From contig OY740807.1 in NCBI GenBank assembly GCA_963514005.1, forward strand, positions 1,488,001 to 1,552,000: 64,000 bases of DNA, read 5' to 3'. The notes under the pieces are model-generated. The model did not search any database. It saw only the letters and a list, made by a program, of their open reading frames with translations, and was not told the origin of the DNA. Position numbers and translations under genes: made by a program. Shown piece after piece: positions 1 to 12,111 of this stretch; within the stretch, counting starts at the first letter, position 1, and every line of letters starts with the position of its first letter. This stretch comes from Raja brachyura. Lineage: Eukaryota.

Positions 1-2289
1 TCCACTAAATTCTAATGCTATAGTGCTCGATTGGAATAATGTATTGCCTTTCTGCTGACTGACTAGCATGCAACATAAAGCATTTCGCTGTACCTCGATA
101 AACGAACTGACAATAAATTAAACTGATAAACTGCTTGACCCGTTGAGTTACGACAGCAGTTTGTATCTTTTTTTTGCAAATCAACATTTGTAGTTCATTG
201 TATCTGTAGAATATTTTAAACCACATTAAGGGAAATAAAACTGAATTATGAAGGGCTCCTTACATACATTTTTTCAAACAAATGGTAGGATCACTTTATA
301 TTTCATTCAGCGAGAACAGGAATGTGGAGTAAAGTAAGAGAGACAACATGAGCATACAAGATTACAAACAAAATGTATAACTGATGAATTACAAAACAAT
401 GCGAAATCCATTGACGATTAATATACAGAATATAAGAGACTATGCATTTTGTGAATCATTGAAATACTGATGATAGATGAGAGCGTCCTTGAGGCAGCGA
501 GAGATGTACAGTAGTAGAGCGAGAGAGAGAGGTGGCTGAGCTGGAGGTCCGGGCCGCTGAGGATGTTCTCGTCGGGGTTCCATCGTTCCCAGCGAGAGGG
601 CTTGAGCATCGTTCCCGGCGAGAGGGCCTGCGGGTGCTCGGGAGGCCCCGACCACGTGTGAACGTCTGGGAAGATCGGCAGGGAGGCTGGCTGGACTATG
701 GTACCTTTCTTAACTCTGGTGCCGCTGTGGGGTTATGTTGCGTGTGGACTTCTGTGTTTCTGCTTTAAAAAAAAATGTTTATTCATGTATTATTTACTAA
801 TTATGTTACTGACTGTAAGAGGAATCCATTTTGTTGTCTCTAAAATGAGATAATGACAATAAATTGAATACAATACAAAATAGATACTTTCGGTGGCGGG
901 AGAGCCGCCGCTTGAGATACCGAGCTGAATACCTGCAGTGCGCATGTTCTGCAGGCTCCTTCCTTCCTGTGCATGGGATTGTATTTCCCCGCCACGCGGC
1001 AAACAGTCAAATTAGGTGATATCGTACATGTGCTGGTTTGTTAGAGTTCTCTGTCACAATTAATTTCATTAAACCTCAAAGAACGTTTGCGCGCATTTAC
1101 ACAGAATTGGTGCGGTGTATGTGCCTATTTACTCCAGTGAATATTGGTGAGCCCGAACTGAACACATCACGGAGGAGCTATACCGCGACACATTACGAGT
1201 AAAAATTGCTTAAAAAACTGATCACCTCCCGCACAGCGTCTTCAGCGGCTAAATCCAGTGCAAATCTTGCCTGCTGGATTCCGGCTTTTTTACCATGTGG
1301 AACATTCCGGGTCTCAGAACCTCATACGGGACCAACAATGCGGAATAACGAACTGTTTGAGTGTGTCTGGGGGGAACTGTCATGTTCTTACGAAACGTTG
1401 CCTTTGTTCCCTTTTCTGAGCTGCCTGCTGAAAATTGCTGTCACTTTCCATCTTCATTATTAATATAATGTAATTGGTGGAGAACTGCAAGGCCAAATGA
1501 AGGAAAGTCATCGAGCGAGTATTGCTTGGACCCTCTTGATGCCTTGCTAGGTATAATAACAACATTCAAAATCAATTTGGACAGTTACATCTTCATGTAT
1601 ATGATCTTAAAGCGGGCAAATGGGACTGTTTTACACGGGGCATCTTGGTCGGCGTGAACCTGTTCGGCCGAAGGGTCAGATTCCGTTATGTACACTTCTT
1701 CGACTCTATGATAATTTAAAAGTTACCAATATGTGAACTCGAAATACACGCGTTTGGCAGCTACATAGATCACGTGTCGGTAGATGGAATAGATGTGACT
1801 CCATGAGTTTCCTACCGCTGCTTCACGTTCACATCCCATGCACAGCAGGCACGTGCCGTCAGGGTAGGCAAGGTAGGCACTGCCTACCCTGACTAAAATT
1901 ATAACATGGTAATTACTAAATAGAAATAATAAAGGCATGGGAGAATTATGCCTGTCTAAGAGATCGATCTCGAGGTAGGTATAATTATCCGTGCCTTTCA
2001 TCCGCAGCGCTTGTAAACCTTGCTCTGTGCAGCCCACGTGCCGTCAGCGCTGCCTGAAGCCGTCAATTTCAAGCGGGGCTGAAGGCAGCAGAAATTCTGC
2101 CTTTGCAGCACTGCGCATGCACAGCAGCCTACTGCGCACGCGCAGCGCTAGTTGCTTGGCGGGGTTTTCAAATATGGATTGCCATTATTTTAAGGGTATG
2201 TTAGGAAACAGGGAGAGAAGAATGAAGTTCATGTACCAATGAGGTGGTGAGTACATTTTGTGTTTATGTTTTTAAATACCGTATTTCCC

Positions 2290-2840
2290 GGGGTGTGGGG
2301 ATACCTTTCACAGCGTTTGGGGAGTCTGGCCCGGGGTAAAGTTGCGGGGAGGGCACGAATATTGTGAAGGAGGGGATCGGGATAATGCCACTTGCGACGC
2401 TCCTTGTATGGGGGCGTGCAAAACCTCTCTCCTGCCGCTCGCTGGCCTCACTCATGTCCCGCAACTCCTTAAATTTCGACAGCGCGATTGAGGTTACTCG
2501 GCTGTAGGAATTTAAGGATTTGCAGGAAGCCGCTGACATCAGCGAGCGGCAGGTGAGAGCTGTTCAGACGGAGAGCACTGTCAGAAGTGACCGGGCCGGC
2601 AGAAGGCGCTCAAGTGTTGGACAGTTTGACTCTCGGGTCCCGGCGGCCGCTCGCAGCTACCCGAGCTGCTTCTATCCCCGGCTACAATGTGGTGGTCCAT
2701 GCCTGGAGCGCCGCAGCAGCGGTAAGTGAGTGAGTTACTGGCATTATCCCCGACCCCCTCATTCTCAACAGTCCTGCTCTCCCAGCAACTTTACCCCTGG
2801 CACTGACTCTCCACACGCTGTGAAATGAACTCTACCCCCA
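2290..2840. mobile_element. Nested MITE-like element with ~100-bp imperfect inverted arms
   Basis: 2290-2390 (...ttcacagcg...ggggtaaagttgc...gggataatgcca) is an imperfect reverse complement of 2738-2840 (tggcattatcccc...gcaactttacccc...cgctgtgaa). Confidence 0.5.
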
Positions 2841-2869
2841 ATTGGTCACTTGAACAAGTGTTGTCTGTC

Positions 2870-2966
2870 GTGTCTGAAGAAGGGTTTCGGCCCGAAACAT
2901 TGCCTATTCCCTTCGCTCCTTAGATGCTGCTGCACCCGCTGAGTTTCTCCAGCCTTTTGTGTACCC
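2870..2966 (+). mobile_element. Penelope-like pseudo-LTR fragment with hammerhead-like core
   Basis: CTGAAGAAGGGTTTCGGCCCGAAAC...GATGCTGCTGCACCCGCTGAGTTTCTCCAGC, the same sequence as the Penelope terminal repeat at 54390-54485. Confidence 0.75.
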
Positions 2967-3433
2967 TTGTCATTCAATAAGATGACAATTGATTCTATTT
3001 TTCCCACCTTCTCTCCACCTGCTCCCCCCCCCCCCCCCCCCCCCCCCCGCCACCCATTCTCAGTAATTCAGTATAAAGGAGACTAGGAAGCCTTGGGCAA
3101 ATTGAATTGTTACTGTTTTTATTTTTATTTTTTGGTTTTACGGAGAGAACAATCTGCGCATGCGACTCATTTATCGACTGAGTGCCTGCCCCGAGTAATT
3201 ACTCACGGCACGTGCCTGTTGCACACTTACCAATCATGAATCTATTTGCCTTTTTTTTTGTTGCCTTCCGGCAGCAGGCACTGGGGGCATTGAATGTCAT
3301 ATCGAACTTTCCATATTCCAACCCATTCCTTGTAATTGGCGGTGTCTGTCATACGATGGAGTGTGCTGTGTAAACGTTTGGGTGACCAGGTTCTGTCCAG
3401 GCACGGTACAGTTAATTTTTCATTTGGTTTTCC

Positions 3434-3588
3434 ACAGATCCCTCAGGCACCCCACTGGTCACCGGCTTCCAACCTGACAAACAGCCATCCACCATTACTC
3501 TCTGGCATCTCCCATTCAGCCACTGTTGAATCCATCTTGTTACTCCGCCATTAACACCCAAAGATTGAACCTTCTTAACCAACCTAAC
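3434..3588 (-). mobile_element. CR1 LINE RT fragment (family A)
   Basis: Translates RLVKKVQSLGVNGGVTRWIQQWLNGRCQRVMVDGCLSGWKPVTSGVP, near-identical to the CR1 copies at 34500 and 62100. Confidence 0.85.
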
Positions 3589-4329
3589 AGGTAATGAGGC
3601 TTGCAGGCAACGGCATAGGGGCAGCCCCGACGTTACACCACAGTTCGCAATATCTCTGTGGGCTGACGGCTTTACATACGCCGTTGCCACAACTTTATTT
3701 CTAGACCGGGCAGGTTGGACAGCCCGTTGTCCTGGAAGAGTCCGGGCTCACACTCGCCGTTCGCAGGCAGCAATGGCAGAGCGGCAGCCCGAATCTACAC
3801 CGCAGCCCGCAGGGTCACCACGGACTGACGGCAACGCTACGTGGAAGTCGGGCAAGCCCGTGGACCAGGAGGGTCCGGGCTCGGAGACTGCCATTCGCGG
3901 GCAGCGAAGGCAGAGCAGGAGCTGCAACTCAACGCCGCAGGCCGCAGGTATACCATGGACTAGCGGCGATGCTACCCTATAGAGGTATTAGACAAAGCCG
4001 GGGCCCCGACTCACACACAGGCGGGCGCCTTTCCGTTAGCGGCAGTCTATGTCCAACGTCCCGCGGTGGACGATGCTAACGGGGCCAACTTGTATACCGG
4101 AAAGACTCACGTGCAATCCGTGATATATTTTCAGAATAAACAATAAATTAAAACTGTCCTGCGTTAGATGCTTTCAGATATAAAGCAAACATCGCTTTTT
4201 ATACTACACTCACCTACATTTCTAATTAACCAGTAATGTGCTTGCAATGAATGATGATATGTTAACCCTTAATGTGTTTGCAATAAATGATTTGTTAGCC
4301 CTTCATGACAATGCCATGAGTTGTTTGGC

Positions 4330-4560
4330 CTCCTGTCCTGCCTGTGCTTGAAACTGCAATGCTTTATTGGACCTGACTGTGTTTGGAAGGAATAAATGCT
4401 TTATTAGATCCGAATGTGTTAGGAACGAATACATACTTTATCAGGTCTGACTGTGTTTGGAAAGCATAAATGCTCATTAGGTCTGACTGTGTTTGGAAGG
4501 AATAAGTGCTTTGCTAGGTCCGACTGTGCTTTGAAGATACAAATGCGTTATTAGGTATGT
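4330..4560. repeat. Minisatellite, ~36-38-bp unit (TTATTAGGTCTGACTGTGTTTGGAAGGAATAAATGC-like)
   Basis: About 5-6 diverged tandem copies are visible. Confidence 0.75.
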
Positions 4561-4714
4561 GTCTAGTCCAAAAGTCCCGCTCATTCCGTGCTGATTGCGG
4601 AATTTTCCAGTAAGTGCAGAGGCTAATTGTGGAAGTGCCGCTGACTGTGGAAGCCCCACAATGGAGAGGCCGTGCTCAGCCGTTTGAGTAGATTTAAGAA
4701 GGTTTGCTGTCATA

Positions 4715-4853
4715 TATATGGTGTGTCTGTCAGTGTGCGTGAGTGCGTGTTTGAGTGTATGTGTGTATATGTGTGTGTGGGTGTGCGTGTGTGTGAGTGT
4801 GTGTGTGAATGTATATGTGTGTGTGAGTGTATGTGTGAGTCTGGGTGTGTGTA
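4715..4853. repeat. Imperfect (TG)n microsatellite
   Basis: Direct reading of the sequence. Confidence 0.9.
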
Positions 4854-4859
4854 AGTGCA

Positions 4860-5272
4860 ATACGCTGTTGCAGTTCAGAGTATGTTTGTTGGCGAGTTTA
4901 ATAGCGCAATGGCTGTGGGGAAGAAGTTGTTCCTGGATGTAACAGATTTCAGGCTCCTGTACCTTCTGCTCGATGGTAGCGGAGAGATGAGTGCGTGGCC
5001 AGGATGGTGTGGGTCCATGATGGCCTTTTTTTGTGGCAGCGACTGCGATACTTTCCTTCGATGGTGGGGAGGTCAGAGCCGATAATGCACGGGGCAGTGT
5101 TTCTGCATTATTTTCTGCTCCTGGACCCTCAGGTTGCCGAACCAGGCCACGATGCAACCAATCAGCATGCTCTCTACTGTGCACCTGGAGAAGTTCGAGA
5201 GAGTCATCTTTGACATACCGACTCTCCGCAATCTTCTCAGGAAGTAGAGATGCTGATGTGCTTTCTTTATAA
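4860..5272 (-). mobile_element. Rex1/Babar-like LINE 3' fragment
   Basis: Translates IIKKAHQHLYFLRRLRRVGMS...CTVESMLIGCIVAWFGN, homologous to the C-terminus of the LINE at 26627-27124. Confidence 0.75.
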
Positions 5273-6329
5273 TTGCAAAAGTGTGCTGGGACCAGGAAAG
5301 ATCTTCGGACTGGCGGCAGATCCGCGCGGAAGTCGAGTAGCCCCGCTGGAGCGGCACTCACCAACTTTCTACTGCAACAGTCCGATAAAATCCACCCCGA
5401 CAGGGTAAAGACTGGCCGTCATAGCCCCATTGACTCAGTTGAGTCTGGGGAAGATGACCTGCCATTCGCAGATAGCGACGGCGATCGCATTACCAGCATG
5501 GAGCGGATGATGGAGCAGCTGCTCCAGAGGGACCCACTCCAGCAGGAGCATGGGTCCCGTGGATCACACAGGTCCACAACAGCTCCTTATCCAGGATGGG
5601 CTGCAGGAAGAGGAACTTCTGGAGATGGTGTCCAAATTTGCACAGCCATCCCAGAAAGACCACTTCAGCCACGGTTAGCAACAAGCATAAACTATCTGAC
5701 TACGCACCAGCTACAAGAGCAGGTAATATCCGAGACCACAGCCCCGGAGAACTGCGTATCGCTGAATGTGCCTACCATCAATACTCCCATATGGGGGAAC
5801 ATAAGCCCGGGCATCAGGACACAAGAATTGAAAATTCAAAACATTCTAAAACTGCTAACTGCAGGAATCACTGCATTTGCAAGGTTCATTGATGGTACAG
5901 ACATGACGGAGGAGCAGCAGGAAGCGTTAGCTCTATTCTGCAACGCTCAATATGAAATCAATTGTTTCAGGAAGAGCTCAATCTGTCCCACATTCAACCC
6001 CAAATTTGCGGGGTTGTGCAAAGACAGCGCTACGCCGTCGCCGAGCTTGCTATTTGGGGATGACCTGCCTAAACAGGTCAAGGACCTCGATGACATTTGT
6101 ATAGCCATCTACCTCCGACATTATCTAGATGTCACCAAGAATATCAGGTGTACGGAAGTAGGTATTTTTTTATCAGTTTTAAACACCCTCACTACACCCG
6201 CACAGCATTGGTGTATTTGTCCCATACTTTAATTTAATCTGTTTAACTGAGCGATTATCTGCATGTTGAAAAGATAGCCTAATCTGAAAAATGGCAGTTT
6301 GAGGTCTGGCACCTCTAAGGGGGGTGGGG

Positions 6330-7954
6330 TGTCGAATGGGATAGTTGAGGATGGAGTTAAAGGGAAAGAGAGTTAAGGTTTGGTTAATGACCCCAGAATT
6401 AACGGGAAAGGAAGCTCACAAAGGGATAGGAGAATATGGCCAAGTGTAATAGGGATTGATGTGAAAGGTGAGATGCGTAAGGAATTAAAAGTATTGTATA
6501 TGAATGCACGAAGTATACGAAGTAAAGTAGATGAGCTTGAGGCTCAGTTAGAGGTTGGTAGATATGACATTGTGGGGATTACTGAGACGTGGCTGCAGAG
6601 GGATTGGGCATGGGAACTTAATATTCAGGGTTATACATCCTATAGAAAGGATAGGCAGGTGGGCAGAGGAGGGGGAATAGCTCTGCTGGCGAGGGATGGA
6701 ATTCAGTCCCTTGCGAGGGAACTGACGAGGTAAAGTCAATGTGGATTGAGTTGAGGAATTGTAAAGGCAAGAAGACACTAATTGGTGTTATTTACAGACC
6801 CCCAAATAGTAGCCCGGATGTCGGGTGTAAGTTGCAGCAGGAGTTAAAACTGGTAATGCCACTGTGGTGATGGGGGATTTCAATATGCAGGTAGACTGGG
6901 AAAATCAGGTTGGTTCAGGACCCCAGGAAAGAGAGTTTGTAGAATGCCTCCGAGATGGATTCTTAAAGCAGTGTGTAATGGAGCCGACCAGAGAAAAGGT
7001 AATTCTGGATTTAGTGTTGTCCAATGAACCAGATATGATAAGAGAACTCGAGATAAAGGAACCGCTTGGAGGTAGTGATCATAATATGATTAGTTTTAAT
7101 CTGCAATTTGAGAAGGAGAACGTTAAATCGGAAGTGGCAGTGATGCAGTTGAACAAAGGGAACTATGAAGGCATGAGAGGGGAACTGGCCAAAGTAGACT
7201 GGAAAGTGATCCTAACGGGAATGACGGTGGAACAGCAATGGCAGGAATCTCTGGGCATAATCTGGAAGAAGCAGAATCATTTAATTCCAAAAAGGAAGAA
7301 AGATTCTAAGGGGAGTAGGAGGCAACTGTGGCTGACAAGAGAGGTTAGGGATAGAATAAAACTAAAAAAAATATGTATAACACAGCAAAGAGGAGCCGGA
7401 AGCCAGAGGATTGGAAACTTTCGTAGGACAACAGAAGGAAACAAAACGGGCAATGCAGGCTGAAAAGATGAAGAATGAAGGGAAGATGGCCAGGAATATA
7501 AAGGACAGTAAAAGCTTCTTTAGATATGTTGAGGGAAAAAGAGTAGCAAAGTCAAATCTGGGTCCCTTGAAAGCAGACACGGGTGAAATTATTATGAGCA
7601 ACAAGGAAATGGCAGAAGAGTTGAATAGGTACTTCGGATCTGTGTTCACTAAGGAAGACACAAACAATCTCCCAGATGTACTGGAGGACAGATGATCTAA
7701 GGGGGTAAAGGAACTGAAAGAAATTTTCATTAGGCGAGAAATAGTATTCGGTAGGGTAATGGGACTGAAGAATGATAAATCCCCTGGGCCTGATGGTCTG
7801 CATCGCAGGACTTACAGGGAGGTGGCTCTAGAAATAGTGGACGCATTGGTGATCATTTTCCAATGTTCAATAGATTCAGGATCAGTTCCTGTGGATTGGT
7901 GGATAGCTAATGTTATCCCACTTTTCAAGAAAGGAGCGAGGGAGAAAATGGGGA
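6330..7954 (+). mobile_element. CR1 LINE ORF2 fragment (APE endonuclease to start of RT), frameshifted
   Basis: Motifs YMNARSI, GITETWL, MGDFN, LDLVLSN, GSDHNMI, KSPGPDGLH, ANVIPLFKKG. Confidence 0.9.
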
Positions 7955-8150
7955 ATTTCATTTTGGAGTCACGTGAGTGATTCCGTGAAGTAGCCGCCAG
8001 CCCGCATGCGCGTCAATACGTCGATGCATGGCGCAACACTGACTGGCAAGCATGCTGCTCCTGCCAGCGGTAAGTTTAAACCTGAAAGATACATGCAAGC
8101 AATTATTTTTTTACGCAGTAAACGTTGTGAGCCTGGAACTGTCTGCAAAG
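7955..8150 (+). mobile_element. Isolated DIRS left-end fragment
   Basis: ATTTCATTTTGGAGTCACGTGAGTGATTCCGTGAAG...CGCATGCGCG is homologous to the left end at 11942. It starts at an ATT in the CR1 host. Confidence 0.75.
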
Positions 8151-8569
8151 GGCGGCGTAAGAAGCATATATCATAATGGCATTTAACGGGCTTTGAGATA
8201 GGCACATGGATATGCAAGAAATGGATCATGTAAAGGCAGAGGCAAATAGTACAACGAAGCATCATGTTTGGCACAGATGTCGTGGGCTAAAGGGCATGTT
8301 CTTCTGCTGTACTAATTGTTCAAATGGAGTAAGGCAAATCTTGACTATGTATTGAATAAATCTCATCTTTAACGTTTAAATTGTTGTTATATTTCAAGTT
8401 ATTCACATTGTAAGCTTTAATAAATCCCTTTTCCATTTGCCGTGCCCGTCAGCTGTGCCTGCTCAGTAATACCTACATGTTCTATGTCAGAATGGGAACC
8501 CAACGGGTGGGAATGGCTGCGCCGCTGGAGAGCCACTAAGAGTGGAAGGGGGGGGGGGGGACTTGAGGG

Positions 8570-8790
8570 AGGTTGGAGTGAATGCAGGATGTTCCCCCCC
8601 ACCCACACCGGCCCTTGACAGCCCCTGCCTGAAGCCGGCCCCCTCCACCGGCTGCAGGATATTCCCCCAACCACCCCCCCCCCCCCCGACCGGTCCCCTA
8701 CAGACCTCTCCTGAAGCCGTCCCCCTCCCCCGCTGCAGGACATTCAACCACCCGCCCGATGCCGTCCCATCCCCAGCTGCAGGACGCACT
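8570..8790. repeat. C-rich tandem repeat (GCTGCAGGA...CCCC...GAAGCCGTCCCC units)
   Basis: 3-4 diverged units. Related sequence recurs at 29040-29125. Confidence 0.55.
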
Positions 8791-9444
8791 GTCAGAGAGT
8801 GAGTCTTACTTACTCCATTCACGTTTATCGGGTTTTTATTTTTTCAATTTGTTTATGAGCCGGTTATCATGGCAAACTCGTCTCGCCGTCCTAGTCCTCT
8901 GATCTTTGACTCTGACATTGCTGAACGCTGGCATCTTTTCGAGCGTGACTACACTCACTATGTTCGCATCGTTGATTGCAACAATCCTCCTGATGTGCAT
9001 GCTTCTGTATTGCTCAACCTAGCTGGTCCAGAGACAATCAATCGTGCCGACAATTTCACATTTGAGCCTGCTGTTTTAGATGCGAATGGACAGGTCCTAG
9101 TGACTGCAGAGGCGATTGATGACCCTGCCGTCTAACTTGCAAAGTTCAGACAGTTGTGTGACCTCCCCTCGAACTACATTATTGAACTACCAAGTTTTAT
9201 GCTCGTATGCAACAGATTGATGAACTGATAGAACGTTTTATCGGCATCTTAAAACACATGGCTGCACGCTGCCAATTTCGTAATTTGTGCGATTAATTCA
9301 TCCATGAGTGACTACGTGAAGAACCCGCCAGCACGCATGCGCGACATATCGTCGAACGCATTGCGGAAGCGACAGTCGGGAGGAGCGCCGCTCCTCCAGC
9401 GTAAGTTTTTGAAAAAACTACCGAAGGTAAGTCTTACCATTTCT

Positions 9445-9706
9445 TTCTTAGGACCGAGATGAGAAGGAATTTTTTCACACAGAGAGTGATGGGTCTCTCT
9501 GCCACAGAGGGTAGTTGAGGCCAGTTCATTGGCTATATTTAAGAGGGAGTTAGATGTGGCCCTTGTGGCTAAGGGGATCAGAGGGTATGGAGAGAAGGCA
9601 GGTACGGGATACTGAGTTGGATGATCAGCCATGATCATATTGAATGGCGGTGCAGGCTCGAAGGGCCGAATGGCATACTCCTGCACCTAATTTCTATGTT
9701 TCTATG
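9445..9706 (+). mobile_element. CR1 LINE 3' end (family B, (TTCTATGT)n tail)
   Basis: Matches 61090-61368. Inserted in the leader of the outer DIRS. Confidence 0.85.
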
Positions 9707-11521
9707 GTGAGCATGGCGACTCAGTGTTCTGTTTTCCAGAGTCGAAACAAGCACCATGGAGTCGAGAAAATACCGGAGAGCAGCGGCAAAATTCGCTGCT
9801 GTGGAAAGCAGCCAGCAGCGTGCCGTCTCTCCGGAGCTGCAGGTGCTACCAGCAGCCCCCGACTTCTCACCGCAACAGACCGCAGGTTCGCCGCGGTCCG
9901 CCGGCAAAACCACCCGGAAGTCCGACAGGTCCGTTGCCTCGGCGGGACCTGAGGACACCCCGTTCGCGGTTAGCGACGGCGGTCATCTTTCCCGCATGGA
10001 GGGGATGGTGGAGCAGTTGCTCCAGCGTGACCTGCTTTTGCAGGGGCAGAGTCACAGTGGGCCTCTTCGCAGACCCACGGCAGCATCCTATCAAGGACTG
10101 CCAAATGTCTCACCCTCTTCGCAGGGGAGCATTAGGGGTCAGAGCTGGGCTGACCCTGAAGAAGGGGCAATGGCTGAAGAGTACCTGTGTCAGGGGTGCC
10201 AGAAGAGTTGTAGGCATGGGTAATAAACATGCTGTACCAACCCAGAGAACTGCGTTTCTCTAAATGTGCCTGCAGTCAACAACCCATCTGGGGCAACATG
10301 AGCCCAACTACAAGGAGCCAGGAGGCAAACTCCAGAAAATCCTTAAACTGCTGACTGCTGGTATCACAGCAGTGGCCAGAACAGCGATGGGGTTGAGATG
10401 CCTGAAGAGCTACTGGATGCTCTAGCACTCCTGTGCAATACTCTATTCAGATTTACAGCTACAGGAAGGGCATCATCAAGCCTGCACCCAATCCAATATT
10501 GCGGGATTATGCAGGACTAGCAGCACACAGCCGCCAACTTGCTGTTTGGGGACTACCTCCCGAAACAGGTAAAAGACCTGGATAAGGAGGCCAAGGCTAT
10601 AGGCCTGATCAAGGTACCAAACACCACCAAAACCCATTATCAGCAGCGGCAGCACCCCTACACATCCACCAGACATCGTTATTATGAGAGACCATCTGGT
10701 GGTGAAAGCTCGAAGGCCAGCCCACCTGCACAACGGTCTTTTTAGACCATGGCCCAGCCCGGCCTTCTTGGAAAATGCGCCAACCCCACAACGCAGCAAC
10801 ACTATACACGAAGAAACAAGGACAGAGACAACCCACACAACAAGATGGCCGCAGAACCCGGTAACCTTGGAGGTAGGTGGGTCTGGTTGTCTCAAAAACA
10901 TTGCTGCCTAGATTCATCAAGGGTTGGTGGTCGGTTGCACTTGTTTCATCATGTGTGGAACACTCTTACCCCTGATCCTTACATACTCGGAAGTATTCAG
11001 GGTACTAATTGAATTTGTATATGAACTGTAAGACTAAACGAAAAAAGGGTAATTGAGAAGACAATCAGAATCTCAAGAGTTCATATCAAATATTTTTACA
11101 AAAACAAAAGATGACGGATGTCGCATCATTATAGATTTGACCGAACTAAATACTTCCGTTCAGTATGCCTATTTCAAAATGGACACGTTTGTCACAGCCA
11201 AATAGCTAATTTCTGATAGGTACTTCATGGCTTGCATCAATTTAAGGATGCATACTATTTAGTGCCAATACACAAGGATCATCGGAAATATCTAAAATTT
11301 GTCTGGATGGGACAGCCTTGGCAGTATAAAGCCTTACCCATTGGGTTGTCATCGGCACCCAGGCTGCTTACAAAATTGTTAAAACCAGCTTTAGCATAAT
11401 TAAGGAAACATAACCATGGTTTACCTTGATGATATTCTCATTGTAGGTGTAAATTTGGAGATGGCTACATTGGCAGTATCAGCCACAAAACATATTTTTA
11501 AAAGCTGGGATTAACATACAT

Positions 11522-11627
11522 GCTGTGTCGCTCTTCCAGGGAGATGCTAAATGCATTTTGTTGTCTCTGTACTGTACACTGACAATGACAATTAAAATTG
11601 AATCTGAATCTGAATCTGAATCTGAAT
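11522..11627 (+). mobile_element. Rex1/Babar-like LINE 3' tail with (TGAATC)n
   Basis: Reverse complement of 26478-26580. Interrupts the outer DIRS pol (ACATACAT|CCAGATAAA). Confidence 0.85.
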
Positions 11628-12111
11628 CCAGATAAATCAAAAATTGAAACCCTCCACTACCATGGATTATCTGGGGTTCACTATCGATTCTGTTCATATG
11701 TCTATCACCTTGCCACCAAACAAAGGGACAGACTTGACGGAAGCATGTAAAACCCTCACTGGCATCAGGAACCATCCATTCTGCAAGTAGCCAGAGTGAT
11801 TGAGAAACTAGTGGCTGCATTCCAGCAGCACAATTTGGACCACTCCATTAACAAAACCTGCAAGAGCAAAAATTCTAGCTCTTAAAAATCATGCGGGCCA
11901 TTTTGATAGGTCTATGAAACTACCAGAGAAGCTAAATTAGAATTTTACTTCGGAGTCACGTGAGTGACTACGTGAAGACCCCGCCAGCACGCATGCGCGA
12001 CATATCGTCGTACGCATGCGGAAGCGACGGTCGGGAGGAGCGGGGCTCCTCCAGCGTGAGTTTAAAAAGCTCACGCCAGGTAAGTCTCACCGAAGGGGTG
12101 AGTCGACCAGT

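Larger units (their letters stand above)
1846..3218. mobile_element. Non-autonomous hAT-like DNA transposon (MITE)
   Basis: TIR CAGGCACGTGCCGT at 1846 and its reverse complement ending at 3218. Flanking 8-mers ATGCACAG / TTGCACAC match 6/8, consistent with a decayed 8-bp TSD. No transposase ORF. Confidence 0.6.
3590..6165 (+). mobile_element. Decayed, internally deleted DIRS copy (GC-rich 5' part, gag-like ORF, short YR remnant)
   Basis: ORF 5273-6232 aligns by eye to DIRS ORF1 (APENCVSLNVP, LKLLTAGITA, NPKFAGLCK, LLFGDDLPKQVKDLD) and then a YR piece. 3793-3815 matches the repeat unit of the DIRS at 45840. Confidence 0.7.

Noticed and set aside
4330-4560. ~36-bp repeats resembling a CRISPR array
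   Set aside because: Head-to-tail minisatellite without unique spacers, no cas genes, vertebrate context.
4477-5364. 295-aa minus-strand ORF and overlapping CV/HT-rich ORFs
   Set aside because: Chance frames across a (TG)n tract and LINE/DIRS fragments; no coherent domain.
8355-8480. Possible 5' LTR of the Gypsy element (segment shared with 29159-29224)
   Set aside because: Does not match the PPT-adjacent LTR at 28433, and the shared blocks occur in a different order; no 5' LTR could be defined.
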